Virus record (IMG/VR): IMGVR_UViG_3300023184_000062
Span: 36,747-100,746 of that record
Source: a virus
Length of the DNA: 64,000 bases
Strand: one strand, 5' to 3'
Below, one piece after another: positions 37,080-50,255 of this stretch (position 1 is its first letter; each line of letters opens with the position of its first letter). A model generated the notes under the pieces. It did not search any database. It was not told where the DNA came from and worked only from the letters and a program-made list of their open reading frames with translations. A program made the position numbers and the translations under genes.

Positions 37080-37475
37080 ATGACCATGCATCTTGTAGGT
37101 CCGGCTCTAACAATGACCGGCAAACGCAAAGGCAAAATTAAGTTTCGCAATGCTGAAGAAGCCCGTAAACATCGGGAACTTCAATCAGATTGGCACGACC
37201 TACAGAAAAAGTGGGGCGTTGAACAGGAACAAAAGAAACGCAAACGATTAATGGACGCAGAGCCATTGGTCTATTCGCTTAGTACGCCGATTGGTCGTAC
37301 AAATACACATCACATTAAGAGTTTAGATACTGGTCATTACGGTCCTGTATCAAGCAAACCAGCGCCAAAATACACAGGATCAAAAATGTTAGGCGTTGGC
37401 CAACTTCACAAGAGCAACGCAGTACCGGTGTTTTGTGATCAGGATGCGATTGATATTGCGCGGATGCGTAGATAA
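37080..37475 (+). CDS. Conserved T4-like phage protein (HKSNAVPV family)
   Basis: YTG..MLG.GQLHKSNAVPVF...DIARMRR. Confidence 0.75.
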   Translation: MTMHLVGPALTMTGKRKGKIKFRNAEEARKHRELQSDWHDLQKKWGVEQEQKKRKRLMDAEPLVYSLSTPIGRTNTHHIKSLDTGHYGPVSSKPAPKYTGSKMLGVGQLHKSNAVPVFCDQDAIDIARMRR

Positions 37476-38195
37476 TTAAAGGATAAGTTTTTCTAACATC
37501 CACCCGATTGAATTAATTGTTTCTTTGGTACTCGGTGGACTGCTTTTATGAAATGCTACTTTTTTACCAAGATTGTATCGCAAAGTATCTGAACTTATAA
37601 CATGCTCTTTACAAAAGTTAGCCAAATTGCTAGTGACAAAAAATTCTTCAATAGGAGAAGTTATCTTCCATTTATTTCTTCTATTAACTACAACTCTAAC
37701 TTTTCTAGGGTTTGGGTTATCCTGTTTGGTCTTCAACCCTTTAGTAATGCTTTCTGCTGTTTGTGTATTATAACTGCCATCGTTGTTTTTAAGTCTAGTT
37801 GCAGTGGCCTTTTTTCGGGCCTCTGGCGTACCACATTTGAATATTCCACCAGTTTTCCTCTTAGTAGCAATGGCTTTGTCAATAGTTTCTTTAGTCACTT
37901 TTCTACCGGAAACCCCATCTCCCCCGTCGGTTTTGTTTCTCAAAATCCCTGTACCCATATCTTTGCGACCATACCACTTGATAAGTCGGCGCTCAATTGC
38001 TAATGACCCTACTTCACTTAAATTATGTTCAATAATTATTATCTTAGATGTATCTACCGGCGGATGAACTTCCCCTTTACCTTTAGACCAAGCGCGGTCC
38101 AAATAACCTTTACCAATATAGTACGGGGTGTTATCATGTCGTAGATAGGCATACACATAAAACCCTGTAGGGTTTAATTTTTTACTAAATATCAT
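37476..38195 (-). mobile_element. Free-standing GIY-YIG (Seg-like) homing endonuclease gene
   Basis: FYVYAYLR...PYYIGKG...R...E..LI...L.N.TDGGDG; basic C-terminal DNA-binding region; antisense insertion with its own late promoter. Confidence 0.85.
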
Positions 38196-38273
38196 TGCTG
38201 GTGCTCCTTTATAAGTTATAGCATTAGGGTAGTCGGAGAGGTAAGAGACTCGTGGACTACACTTTTATTTATC
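38196..38273 (-). promoter_or_regulatory. Late promoter and structured leader of the homing endonuclease gene
   Basis: GATAAATA, GTAGTC...GACTAC hairpin (38229-38260), TGCT...AGCA pairing over AAGGAG. Confidence 0.6.
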
Positions 38274-38286
38274 ATAGGAAACTAAA

Positions 38287-38499
38287 TTGAAAGAAGAAGG
38301 AATTAAGATGGACGGTAAGGTAATTGATGTATTACCCAATGCTGTTTTCAAAGTACAGATGAATCCAAGTAATGTAATTACTGGTTACATCAGTGGTCGT
38401 ATGCGTAAGAACGACATTAAAATATTGCTTGGTGACACAGTGGAAGTGGAGTTTTCTCCATATGATTTGACTAAAGGACGCATTACTCGGCGCAGATAA
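38287..38499 (+). CDS. infA: Translation initiation factor IF-1
   Basis: LPNA.FKV...ISGRMRKN.I.IL.GD.V.VE.SPYDLTKGRI; TTG start. Confidence 0.95.
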   Translation: MKEEGIKMDGKVIDVLPNAVFKVQMNPSNVITGYISGRMRKNDIKILLGDTVEVEFSPYDLTKGRITRRR

Positions 38500-38520
38500 C
38501 AATACGCATAAATACATATT

Positions 38521-39075
38521 ATGCGTGACATTATTACATTGCTTGAGGAAAAGAGTAAGCCTCAAGACATAGAAATTATACCCCTAAACTTCACCCCGGC
38601 TGAGGTTAGCCCCGTATTATCCAAAGATACACTAGATTTACATTACGGGAAATTAGCCCACGGTTACGCTGAACGCTACAACAACAAAGAGGGTGATAGA
38701 GATTTCAACTATGCAGGTGCTTTCCTGCATAACACATTATTCCCGCAGTTCCGTGAAGTAAGAAACAACAACAAGCCCAACGGCCCTATGTACGGGTTCA
38801 TCAATAAACACTTTAGCGACTATGACAACATGAAGTCTGAGTTTGAGACTGAGGCTATGAAGATACAGGGCAGCGGTTGGATATACTTGGCAACGGACGG
38901 GAAGATAAAGATAATACATAATCATCAAGTACGCAATGACATATTGTTGTTGATTGACTGGTGGGAACATGCGTTTTTATTAGATTACGGCAGTGATAAA
39001 AAGAAATACATCAAAGAACAGTGGAAGATCATTAATTGGAATGTTATTAACACTAGATGGGGAAAGAGTTTATAA
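38521..39075 (+). CDS. Fe/Mn superoxide dismutase with a CTS-like N-terminus
   Basis: LHYGK, FLHN, QGSGW, DWWEHA; MRDIITLLEE; TAAATA 6 nt before ATG. Confidence 0.9.
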   Translation: MRDIITLLEEKSKPQDIEIIPLNFTPAEVSPVLSKDTLDLHYGKLAHGYAERYNNKEGDRDFNYAGAFLHNTLFPQFREVRNNNKPNGPMYGFINKHFSDYDNMKSEFETEAMKIQGSGWIYLATDGKIKIIHNHQVRNDILLLIDWWEHAFLLDYGSDKKKYIKEQWKIINWNVINTRWGKSL

Positions 39076-39085
39076 AGAGGAAAAC

Positions 39086-39967
39086 ATGAAAAAACTACTT
39101 ACAGCAGGATTTATAGCACTATTATTATTAGGTGGATGCGGCAAACAAGCGACACTAGGATCATCAACATTTACCCCTGGGTTTGATAATGATGACAAAA
39201 CTTGTACCACGGCCCCTATCATTAGTGGCAATAGTGTTACGTTTGGTAATGATACTACAAGTTGTGGTGGCAGAGTTGTATCTACGCAAGGATACAAGAA
39301 CATTACACAAATTCGTGCTACAGCAGACTTCAGTAAGTTAACAAGCAACTTTGTTACTAACACATTCTATATGATTAATAATCCTAATACTCCAGGATTA
39401 CAACCAAAAGGATCAAACTATTGTGATGCTGGTGGGAATAACGCAAGTTGGAATTGCCAAGAAATTGATTTCTTTGAAGGCAATAAGAATGTAGTATTCC
39501 AACATACAATGCACATTGGTGATGGTAGCAGTAGTGCTCCACAAAACTTTCAGTTTAGTTATTCAACAACTGATGACCAATGTTTTGTAAATCTAACTCC
39601 AACCACAGGATTAGTATCATGGAATGGTATTGATAAATCTAAACCAGTTGATATCATTATTGATATGGATGCGAATGGGATGACTGTAACATTCTCACAG
39701 GGCACAATCAAAACTATTGTTTACAAGATGGGATCAGGATATTCAGGTTCAACAACATTTACTACAGAACAATTACAACGCTGGCAACAAAGCAGAGCGC
39801 AGGGATATTGGTTGAATCTTAGCATGTGGCAAAGCATGTCGTGGTCTCCTGGAGCACCGCAAGGTTTCTATAATTGGACTTGCCCGTACGGTAATCTATG
39901 CACCACTGGCACATCATCATACTTTAAAGTTTACAACATTCAAGTAGATGCTGAGGGAACTATCTAA
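39086..39967 (+). CDS. Lipoprotein glycoside hydrolase, clan B (GH7/GH16-like)
   Basis: Lipobox LGG-C; YCDA and CQEIDFFEGN (E-x-D-x-x-E); GAGG SD. Confidence 0.7.
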   Translation: MKKLLTAGFIALLLLGGCGKQATLGSSTFTPGFDNDDKTCTTAPIISGNSVTFGNDTTSCGGRVVSTQGYKNITQIRATADFSKLTSNFVTNTFYMINNPNTPGLQPKGSNYCDAGGNNASWNCQEIDFFEGNKNVVFQHTMHIGDGSSSAPQNFQFSYSTTDDQCFVNLTPTTGLVSWNGIDKSKPVDIIIDMDANGMTVTFSQGTIKTIVYKMGSGYSGSTTFTTEQLQRWQQSRAQGYWLNLSMWQSMSWSPGAPQGFYNWTCPYGNLCTTGTSSYFKVYNIQVDAEGTI

Positions 39968-39976
39968 GGTATTACC

Positions 39977-40768
39977 ATGAGAGCAAAAGAATTTTTAACT
40001 GAATTATTTCAAAGCCATAGCGGCTATGAAATAAATTCAGTGCCGTATGGTGATACAGTACAGAACGGACAGCTTAAATATGTCTTTGTTACCGATCCTG
40101 ATGATAAAAATGAATATGGACGTCAAGGTGAAGTAGTAATCAAACAAATCAAAGATGCCAATGTAGATTTAATCTTTGTAGAGTTTAACATTGAAGGCAG
40201 CACTGATACATCAGGGCTAGGTGATCAATTCAAAATTTTAGGTGCGGTGGTAAAAGCAGTTAATAGATATTGTAGAATATACAAGCCCAAATACATTGTG
40301 TTTGAAACAGAGGATCCTAAAAAGTTAAGCATGTACAAAGCAATGGTGCGTAGACAAGTATTTCCGGGATATCAAACTATTGTACAAAGTTTGGATGATT
40401 ACAATAAACTTATAGCAACTGACAAGGAACTTACTAATCAAATTGGACCTAGACTTGCCGGGTTTGCTGATGAGATGGTGATGTTACAAAGAACAGAAGG
40501 TGCTGATAATATAAAACCACCAGAAGTAAAAGGCCAGTATGTAATTTATGGCCTGAACAAATATAGAGGTAAAGTATTTCATAGATTAGATGCACCGTCA
40601 CAAGATAAAGCACTACAGTTTGCCCGTGAATGGATAGAACAAAACTCAGCGAGATTGGGCGAACGTTGGGGGCTTGACAGAGGTAGACACTGGGACCTAG
40701 CAAAAGATACACATGGTGAGTTTGCCCCTGCCCCTGCAGGTCAATATTCAGTAGTTGGACAAACCTAA
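39977..40768 (+). CDS. Putative capsid-targeted internal protein
   Basis: MRAKEFLTE N-terminus resembles the T4 CTS; coupled to the next gene. Confidence 0.6.
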   Translation: MRAKEFLTELFQSHSGYEINSVPYGDTVQNGQLKYVFVTDPDDKNEYGRQGEVVIKQIKDANVDLIFVEFNIEGSTDTSGLGDQFKILGAVVKAVNRYCRIYKPKYIVFETEDPKKLSMYKAMVRRQVFPGYQTIVQSLDDYNKLIATDKELTNQIGPRLAGFADEMVMLQRTEGADNIKPPEVKGQYVIYGLNKYRGKVFHRLDAPSQDKALQFAREWIEQNSARLGERWGLDRGRHWDLAKDTHGEFAPAPAGQYSVVGQT

Positions 40769-42960
40769 TGAGAGCAAGTGAATTCACTAACTTTACTTAT
40801 AAAACTGAACCATACGAAGGTTGGAATGGTGACGGGTTAGTTGTTCGTGCTTATGATGGTAGCAATGAAGTTGGTCATGTTATTTTTGAACCCACAGAAG
40901 ATGATAATACACAATGGTATGCTGTTGATGTTGAAGTAGAAGAACCTTATCAACGCAAAGGTATTGCTAGTAAAATGTATGACATTGCTAAAAAAGCAGC
41001 AACACAACAGGGTGCTATCATAGTAAAAAGTCATACACAAACTGATGCTGGTCGTGGCTTATGGCAAGATAAACTAGTTTGGGAAGCAGAAGCAAACAAG
41101 ACTACATTGAACAACATGTACGGCGGACATTTCCCTGACCGTGATGAAGAATTTTGGGACTATGTTACTCCTCGTGAACTTGGGCAAGCATTGACAGTTG
41201 AAACAATGCCTAAGCACAAAGTGTTGATTATATTACTCAGTCAATATCGTGCGGAACACATTGATGATATAACTGATATGCTTGATGATGACCAACAAGA
41301 GATTGTTCAATCATATGTTAATGATCCAGCACTATCAAGCAAAACAATAGTTGTTGCTAATAACAAAATTATTGACGGGAATCATCGTGCATTGGCAGCA
41401 GCGATTAAAGGTGTTCCTATCAATTATGTTAATTTAGCAGAATTAGATGAAGAACCGATAGATGAATCTACTAACGATGCTGCGAAATCCTGGATTGAAA
41501 AAGTCTATTCCAAATATCCACACACCATGCAGAACAATCATGTTATGGTCTGGGGTGAAGGTGATGAACAACAGTTTGCTATGTTTGAATTAACACCTAG
41601 TTTTAGCAAGCGCGGTGCAGTAGAAGTCAAGTGGTTTCAAGCATATCCATTACGTCAAGGCGTTGGCAGTCGTGCTATGAAAGAATTACAGGCATTAGCC
41701 CGTGAAGATGGCATTACACTAACATTGTTTCCTTGGGACAAGGGTCAAGTAAGTCAGGCTAAACTAACGAAGTTTTACAAAGGGCAAGGCTTTACTCCAA
41801 CTGTTAAAGGCGGTAAGGCTATGTCATGGGCGCCTGAATTAAACGAAGAACTTAGAGTTGATGTGCCCAATGAAGAATGGTTGCAAGACGCAATTGACTA
41901 TGCTAAAAGTAAAAGTCCCGATCGTTACGGCTTACCCTACATGGGCAAAACTACTGCCACCGTTAGGAATATTGACGTTCCACTACGTATATTAAGACGA
42001 ATACCAGGTATGCGTCAAGAGCAATCAAAGATACGACACCACGATCTTGCTGCTATTAGAAAAATAATGAGTACCACTGGTAAACTACCACTACACGGAC
42101 ATACTGGACAAGAATATAAACCTTTTATTAATGTAGCATACGATGGCAGTGCCTGGGTCAATGAAGGTAATCATAGGATCATGGCCGCGGCTGAACTTGG
42201 ATGGGAGTCATTACCAGTAGAGATTTCATATTTTGATGGTGGTGAAAGAATTAAAGATGGGCCCATGTATCCTGGACGTATTGGATTGGGAGCGCCACCT
42301 TTAGATGAAGCAGAAGTAGGCACAACAAATGCCAAAACAATTGCTAATCAATTAAAAGCAGCTGGTTATTCAAATGTAGGTACAGGTGCTGATTCTACTG
42401 TATGGGCCAAGGATGATAGTCATATCATTAAGATATTGATGCCAGAAGATTTGGGCACTAAAGCAGAACAAGTATTTCGTAAGTTTTATGAATTTGCTAT
42501 GTCACATCAAGATTTAGAATGTATGCCAAGATTTAATGAGGTAAACACAGTTGATATTAATGGTAAAGATTATACACAGATTGAGATGGAAAGATTAGCA
42601 CCCATAGAAAAAGGCACTTTCATGGAAGGTGTTATTTGGTTCTTTAGTGATTTTTGTCAAGCACGAGAGTCATGGGATAAAGTAGACCATGCTATGGGAT
42701 TATCAGATACTTGGGAATGGTATCCGTATGCTAAGAGTTCAAAGTCTATTGCTAATGTTTATGTTAGACAATGGCAAGATTTAATGTATGATAAAAAATC
42801 ATACTCCATGTACAGACAGCTATATAATGTAATGAAGTTATTATATATCACAGGTACAATTAACAAATTCGGATGGGATTTGCATACGGCAAATGTCATG
42901 CAACGAAGTAACGGTCAACCAGTAATTATTGACCCGTGGTTTAGCGAAGGAACATCATAA
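40768..42960 (+). CDS. Polyvalent protein: GNAT - ParB/Srx - GNAT - ParB/Srx - protein kinase-like
   Basis: [11 protein letters not shown]; IIDGNHR; [10 protein letters not shown]...FY...GF; VNEGNHR; [23 protein letters not shown]. Confidence 0.85.
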   Translation: MRASEFTNFTYKTEPYEGWNGDGLVVRAYDGSNEVGHVIFEPTEDDNTQWYAVDVEVEEPYQRKGIASKMYDIAKKAATQQGAIIVKSHTQTDAGRGLWQDKLVWEAEANKTTLNNMYGGHFPDRDEEFWDYVTPRELGQALTVETMPKHKVLIILLSQYRAEHIDDITDMLDDDQQEIVQSYVNDPALSSKTIVVANNKIIDGNHRALAAAIKGVPINYVNLAELDEEPIDESTNDAAKSWIEKVYSKYPHTMQNNHVMVWGEGDEQQFAMFELTPSFSKRGAVEVKWFQAYPLRQGVGSRAMKELQALAREDGITLTLFPWDKGQVSQAKLTKFYKGQGFTPTVKGGKAMSWAPELNEELRVDVPNEEWLQDAIDYAKSKSPDRYGLPYMGKTTATVRNIDVPLRILRRIPGMRQEQSKIRHHDLAAIRKIMSTTGKLPLHGHTGQEYKPFINVAYDGSAWVNEGNHRIMAAAELGWESLPVEISYFDGGERIKDGPMYPGRIGLGAPPLDEAEVGTTNAKTIANQLKAAGYSNVGTGADSTVWAKDDSHIIKILMPEDLGTKAEQVFRKFYEFAMSHQDLECMPRFNEVNTVDINGKDYTQIEMERLAPIEKGTFMEGVIWFFSDFCQARESWDKVDHAMGLSDTWEWYPYAKSSKSIANVYVRQWQDLMYDKKSYSMYRQLYNVMKLLYITGTINKFGWDLHTANVMQRSNGQPVIIDPWFSEGTS

Positions 42961-43286
42961 TGTTAACAGTAACGGAAGCAGCAGAAACAAAGATATCAGA
43001 CATTTTACTAGAGGAAAACAACCCTGCATTAAAATTAAGAATGTATGTACAGGGAGGCGGATGCTCAGGAATGAGTTATGGATTTACATTAGATGAAGAA
43101 CAAAATGAAGATGATTTTGAAATTACATTGGAATCATCTAGCGTATTAGTTGATGCAATGTCAATGCAATATGTGTCCGGTGCGACAATTGACTATAAAG
43201 ATGACTTATCTGGCAGTCAATTTGTGATTAAAAACCCCAATGCAGAGACAACTTGTGGGTGTGGGAGTAGCTTTAGTCCTGGGTAA
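42960..43286 (+). CDS. A-type Fe-S cluster carrier (ErpA/IscA, HesB family)
   Basis: GGGCSG, NPNA.TTCGCG.SF. Confidence 0.93.
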   Translation: MLTVTEAAETKISDILLEENNPALKLRMYVQGGGCSGMSYGFTLDEEQNEDDFEITLESSSVLVDAMSMQYVSGATIDYKDDLSGSQFVIKNPNAETTCGCGSSFSPG

Positions 43287-43291
43287 ATGAC

Positions 43292-43332
43292 GATTTAGTC
43301 CTTATTGATAAATACATAATAAGGATTAAATC
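43292..43332 (+). promoter_or_regulatory. Late promoter in the loop of a 15-bp SD-sequestering hairpin
   Basis: GATTTAGTCCTTATT-gaTAAATAcat-AATAAGGATTAAATC immediately before ATG 43333. Confidence 0.85.
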
Positions 43333-44409
43333 ATGGCAATTTCAGGTCAACAGGTTATAAGAATTGGGTTACCCAACGAATCAGCTAATAGTGATTCATT
43401 ATACACCGCATTTAACAAAGCAGCAAATAACTTTGCTAATCTATTTGCATGTGCAAGCCCAACACTTACATTTGCAAATGGGCTAGGAACGATAGCAAAT
43501 GCAAATTCAACAACAAATGTAGTAAGAATTGAGAATGCCGGTGTAGTTAATATTGTTGCAGGAACTAATATTACTGTAAGTGAAAAAGACGCAAATGGTA
43601 ATGTAACAATCAATTCAACCGGTGGTGGAAGTGGTGCCGGTGGGACAGTAACTAGTATTGGGGTTACTTCCGATGCTAATATAATTTTAGTTACAAATAG
43701 TCCAATTACCAGTAGTGGGAATATTGCGATTACGTTGGCTAATACGGGAGTTACCCCGGGGAATTACACTTATCCTACTATGCAAGTTGACCAGTATGGT
43801 CGTGTAGTCACTATATCAAATGCTGCATCAGTAGGTACAGTTACTAGTGTTGGGTTAGTTGCCTCAGGTACAGGATTATTAATATCCGGTGGACCAATAA
43901 CTAGTGCAGGTAATATAACTATAACTAACACCGGGGTAACTAGATTAAGTGCAGGCACTGGTATCAGTTTAAGCGGGAGCACTGGTAATATCACTATCAG
44001 TTCTACTACAACAGGTGGAACAGTAACTAGTGTTGGAGTATCAAGTAATACACTAACAATAACAAATCCTACAGTAACAACCACTGGAACTATCAATATT
44101 GAATCTCCGATTGGCAGTAGCAGCGAGAATTTAACATCTGGATCAGCAGCAAACTTAAGTGTAACCGCAAGTTACTTTACAACATCAACCGCTAGTACAG
44201 CAACATTGGCAGCAGGAACTGCCGGTCTAATCAAAACATTTATGATGGTAGCAGACGGTGGCGATATGGTTATCACAGTAAGTAATGCTGGATGGAAAGC
44301 AAGCGGCACCGGAACAATTACATTTAACGATATCGGTGATGGCTGCACATTGCAATATATTAATAGCAAGTGGTACTGTATCGGACAAAATGGCGTAACG
44401 TTTGGATAA
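43333..44409 (+). CDS. Virion structural protein (baseplate/fibre-like)
   Basis: IG...DSL..AF.K...NF N-terminus typical of T4 gp9/gp10-like proteins; GTVTSVG repeats. Confidence 0.7.
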   Translation: MAISGQQVIRIGLPNESANSDSLYTAFNKAANNFANLFACASPTLTFANGLGTIANANSTTNVVRIENAGVVNIVAGTNITVSEKDANGNVTINSTGGGSGAGGTVTSIGVTSDANIILVTNSPITSSGNIAITLANTGVTPGNYTYPTMQVDQYGRVVTISNAASVGTVTSVGLVASGTGLLISGGPITSAGNITITNTGVTRLSAGTGISLSGSTGNITISSTTTGGTVTSVGVSSNTLTITNPTVTTTGTINIESPIGSSSENLTSGSAANLSVTASYFTTSTASTATLAAGTAGLIKTFMMVADGGDMVITVSNAGWKASGTGTITFNDIGDGCTLQYINSKWYCIGQNGVTFG

Positions 44410-44428
44410 TAATAATAAGGAATAGTAA

Positions 44429-48289
<3,861 letters not shown>

Positions 48290-48303
48290 CAGTTAAATAG
48301 ATT

Positions 48304-49149
48304 ATGAAACAAGACCCAAGTACAATAATTGATATAGAACAGGATCCTGGCTTACATCGTATACCTTTCGTTCAAAAAGTAACTAAGGCTATACCGTCAT
48401 TTAGTATCCCTAAATATCATTGGGTCAAAGATAAAATAGATACAAGAGATCATCCATATCAACTAACAAATCAAACACAATCTAATGTTGTTGACTTAAG
48501 AGAATATTGCTCACCAATAGAAGACCAAGGCAATTTAGGTAGCTGTACAGGTAATGCTATAGCAGGTGCAATAGAATTACTACACAAAAGACAAAATAGG
48601 ACACTTGACATAAGCCGCTTGTTCATATACTACTATGAAAGATTATTAATTGGTACAGTGAATTATGATAGTGGTGCATACATACGTGATGGCATCAAAG
48701 CATGTTATACATATGGTGCTCCAACAGAAAACTTATGGCCATACAATATAAGTAAGTTTAGAACTGCTCCATCAAAAACAGCATTGACTGATGCGGCAAA
48801 AAGAAAAGTTACATCATATCAAAGAGCAGCGGACTTTAACGCAGTAATAGATGCTATCACTAGTGGATATCCAGTTACAATTGGGTTTAGTGTATATTCA
48901 AGTTTTGATACTAAAACAGTAGCAAAAACAGGTATTATGCCATATCCTAATGTCAACAAAGAAAGATTATTGGGCGGACATGCTGTACTATTAGTTGGCT
49001 ACAACAAAAACAATAACACATTCATAGCTAGAAACAGTTGGGGAACAAATTGGGGTGACAACGGTTACTTCTATATGCCCTTTCAAGTAATAAAAAACAA
49101 TACAATGAGTGGTGATTTTTGGGTTATAAAATCAATCAGTAATCCTTAA
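48304..49149 (+). CDS. Papain-like cysteine protease (C1A)
   Basis: DQG.LGSCTG.A, GGHAV..VGY, RNSWG..WGD.GYF; late leaderless start. Confidence 0.92.
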   Translation: MKQDPSTIIDIEQDPGLHRIPFVQKVTKAIPSFSIPKYHWVKDKIDTRDHPYQLTNQTQSNVVDLREYCSPIEDQGNLGSCTGNAIAGAIELLHKRQNRTLDISRLFIYYYERLLIGTVNYDSGAYIRDGIKACYTYGAPTENLWPYNISKFRTAPSKTALTDAAKRKVTSYQRAADFNAVIDAITSGYPVTIGFSVYSSFDTKTVAKTGIMPYPNVNKERLLGGHAVLLVGYNKNNNTFIARNSWGTNWGDNGYFYMPFQVIKNNTMSGDFWVIKSISNP

Positions 49150-49181
49150 TAAGATAAATATATAGATATAAAGGAAAAACC

Positions 49182-49484
49182 ATGACAATGGAAATAGGAT
49201 CAGGGATAACTATAGGCGGCGGAATAAGTCTAGTCACACCAAACGTATTAGTTATTCCACTAAACGACACCGGCGGGTTAACTGGTTGGTCTGCTGTATC
49301 AGCAGGAATACCATATAGTCCCACAGTTATCAGCCAATTTCCAGTAGGCAGTATAATCACTTTTCAAGATAATACTACATCAACCATTGATGCGTGGGAT
49401 CCTTATGCACCTACTTACATTGATATTTTTTGGATTGGAAACAAAACTGGCAATATATTCCCAATCACATTAACATCAGTATAA
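49182..49484 (+). CDS. Small virion-associated protein
   Basis: EIGSGITIGGGI N-terminal motif; TAAATA and AAGGA upstream. Confidence 0.6.
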   Translation: MTMEIGSGITIGGGISLVTPNVLVIPLNDTGGLTGWSAVSAGIPYSPTVISQFPVGSIITFQDNTTSTIDAWDPYAPTYIDIFWIGNKTGNIFPITLTSV

Positions 49485-49505
49485 TAATTATTTTAAAGGA
49501 ACAAC

Positions 49506-50216
49506 ATGGTAGCACCATTAACAATCGGACCAGGAATTACAATTGGAGAAGGAATTGAGATTGGCGTTCCGCCAGAATTAATGTTGAGTTTAGATGCCGC
49601 TGGTTATACAAGCGGACCGTGGATAGATAGTGTTTCAAGTCGTTCATTTACATTATACGGCGGAGTAACATATAGTGGTAGTAATGGCGGCGCCTTATCA
49701 TTTGATCCAGCAAGTGGTCAATATGCTCAATGTACTTCAAGTTTACCTGACTTAAGTACATGGTCAGTTGAAGTATGGCATTACTATACTGACACAAATA
49801 CAGGAGAAAGACCTTGTATTATTACTGAAATATACCCGGGTGTCACCGGGCAACTTAATTACTTCTTGGGAAGTTTAACTACCAACAGTCCAGATTTACA
49901 ATCAGGATACTTCAATGGGGGATTTCAAACAACCCCAACAGGATATACATTAACAGCAGGTAACTGGTATCAGATCGTAGGAACATATGATGGTTCAAAT
50001 GTAAAACTATATGTCAATAACACATTAGTTGGACAAGCTACAGCATCCGGCAGTCAACCAATATCTAGTCAAGGTGGTATCAATATAATGCGCCGTTGGG
50101 ACAATCCAGAATACTGGGGCGGTAAGTTAGGCATAGTTAATGTATACAAAGGGTCATTAAGTGCTGGATTAATTAATTCTAGTTGGAATGCAAACAAAGC
50201 ACGATTCGGACTATAA
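49506..50216 (+). CDS. LamG/Concanavalin A-like virion protein
   Basis: TIGPGITIGEGI; WS.EVW, WYQIVGTYDG...LYVN, N..RFGL. Confidence 0.8.
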   Translation: MVAPLTIGPGITIGEGIEIGVPPELMLSLDAAGYTSGPWIDSVSSRSFTLYGGVTYSGSNGGALSFDPASGQYAQCTSSLPDLSTWSVEVWHYYTDTNTGERPCIITEIYPGVTGQLNYFLGSLTTNSPDLQSGYFNGGFQTTPTGYTLTAGNWYQIVGTYDGSNVKLYVNNTLVGQATASGSQPISSQGGINIMRRWDNPEYWGGKLGIVNVYKGSLSAGLINSSWNANKARFGL

Positions 50217-50255
50217 TTATTTTTTGGTAACACAAGGCCTAGATTAAATATCTAA

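Noticed and set aside
37476-38195. Group I intron housing the endonuclease
   Set aside because: The flanking genes are complete and there is no room for intron core elements; it is free-standing
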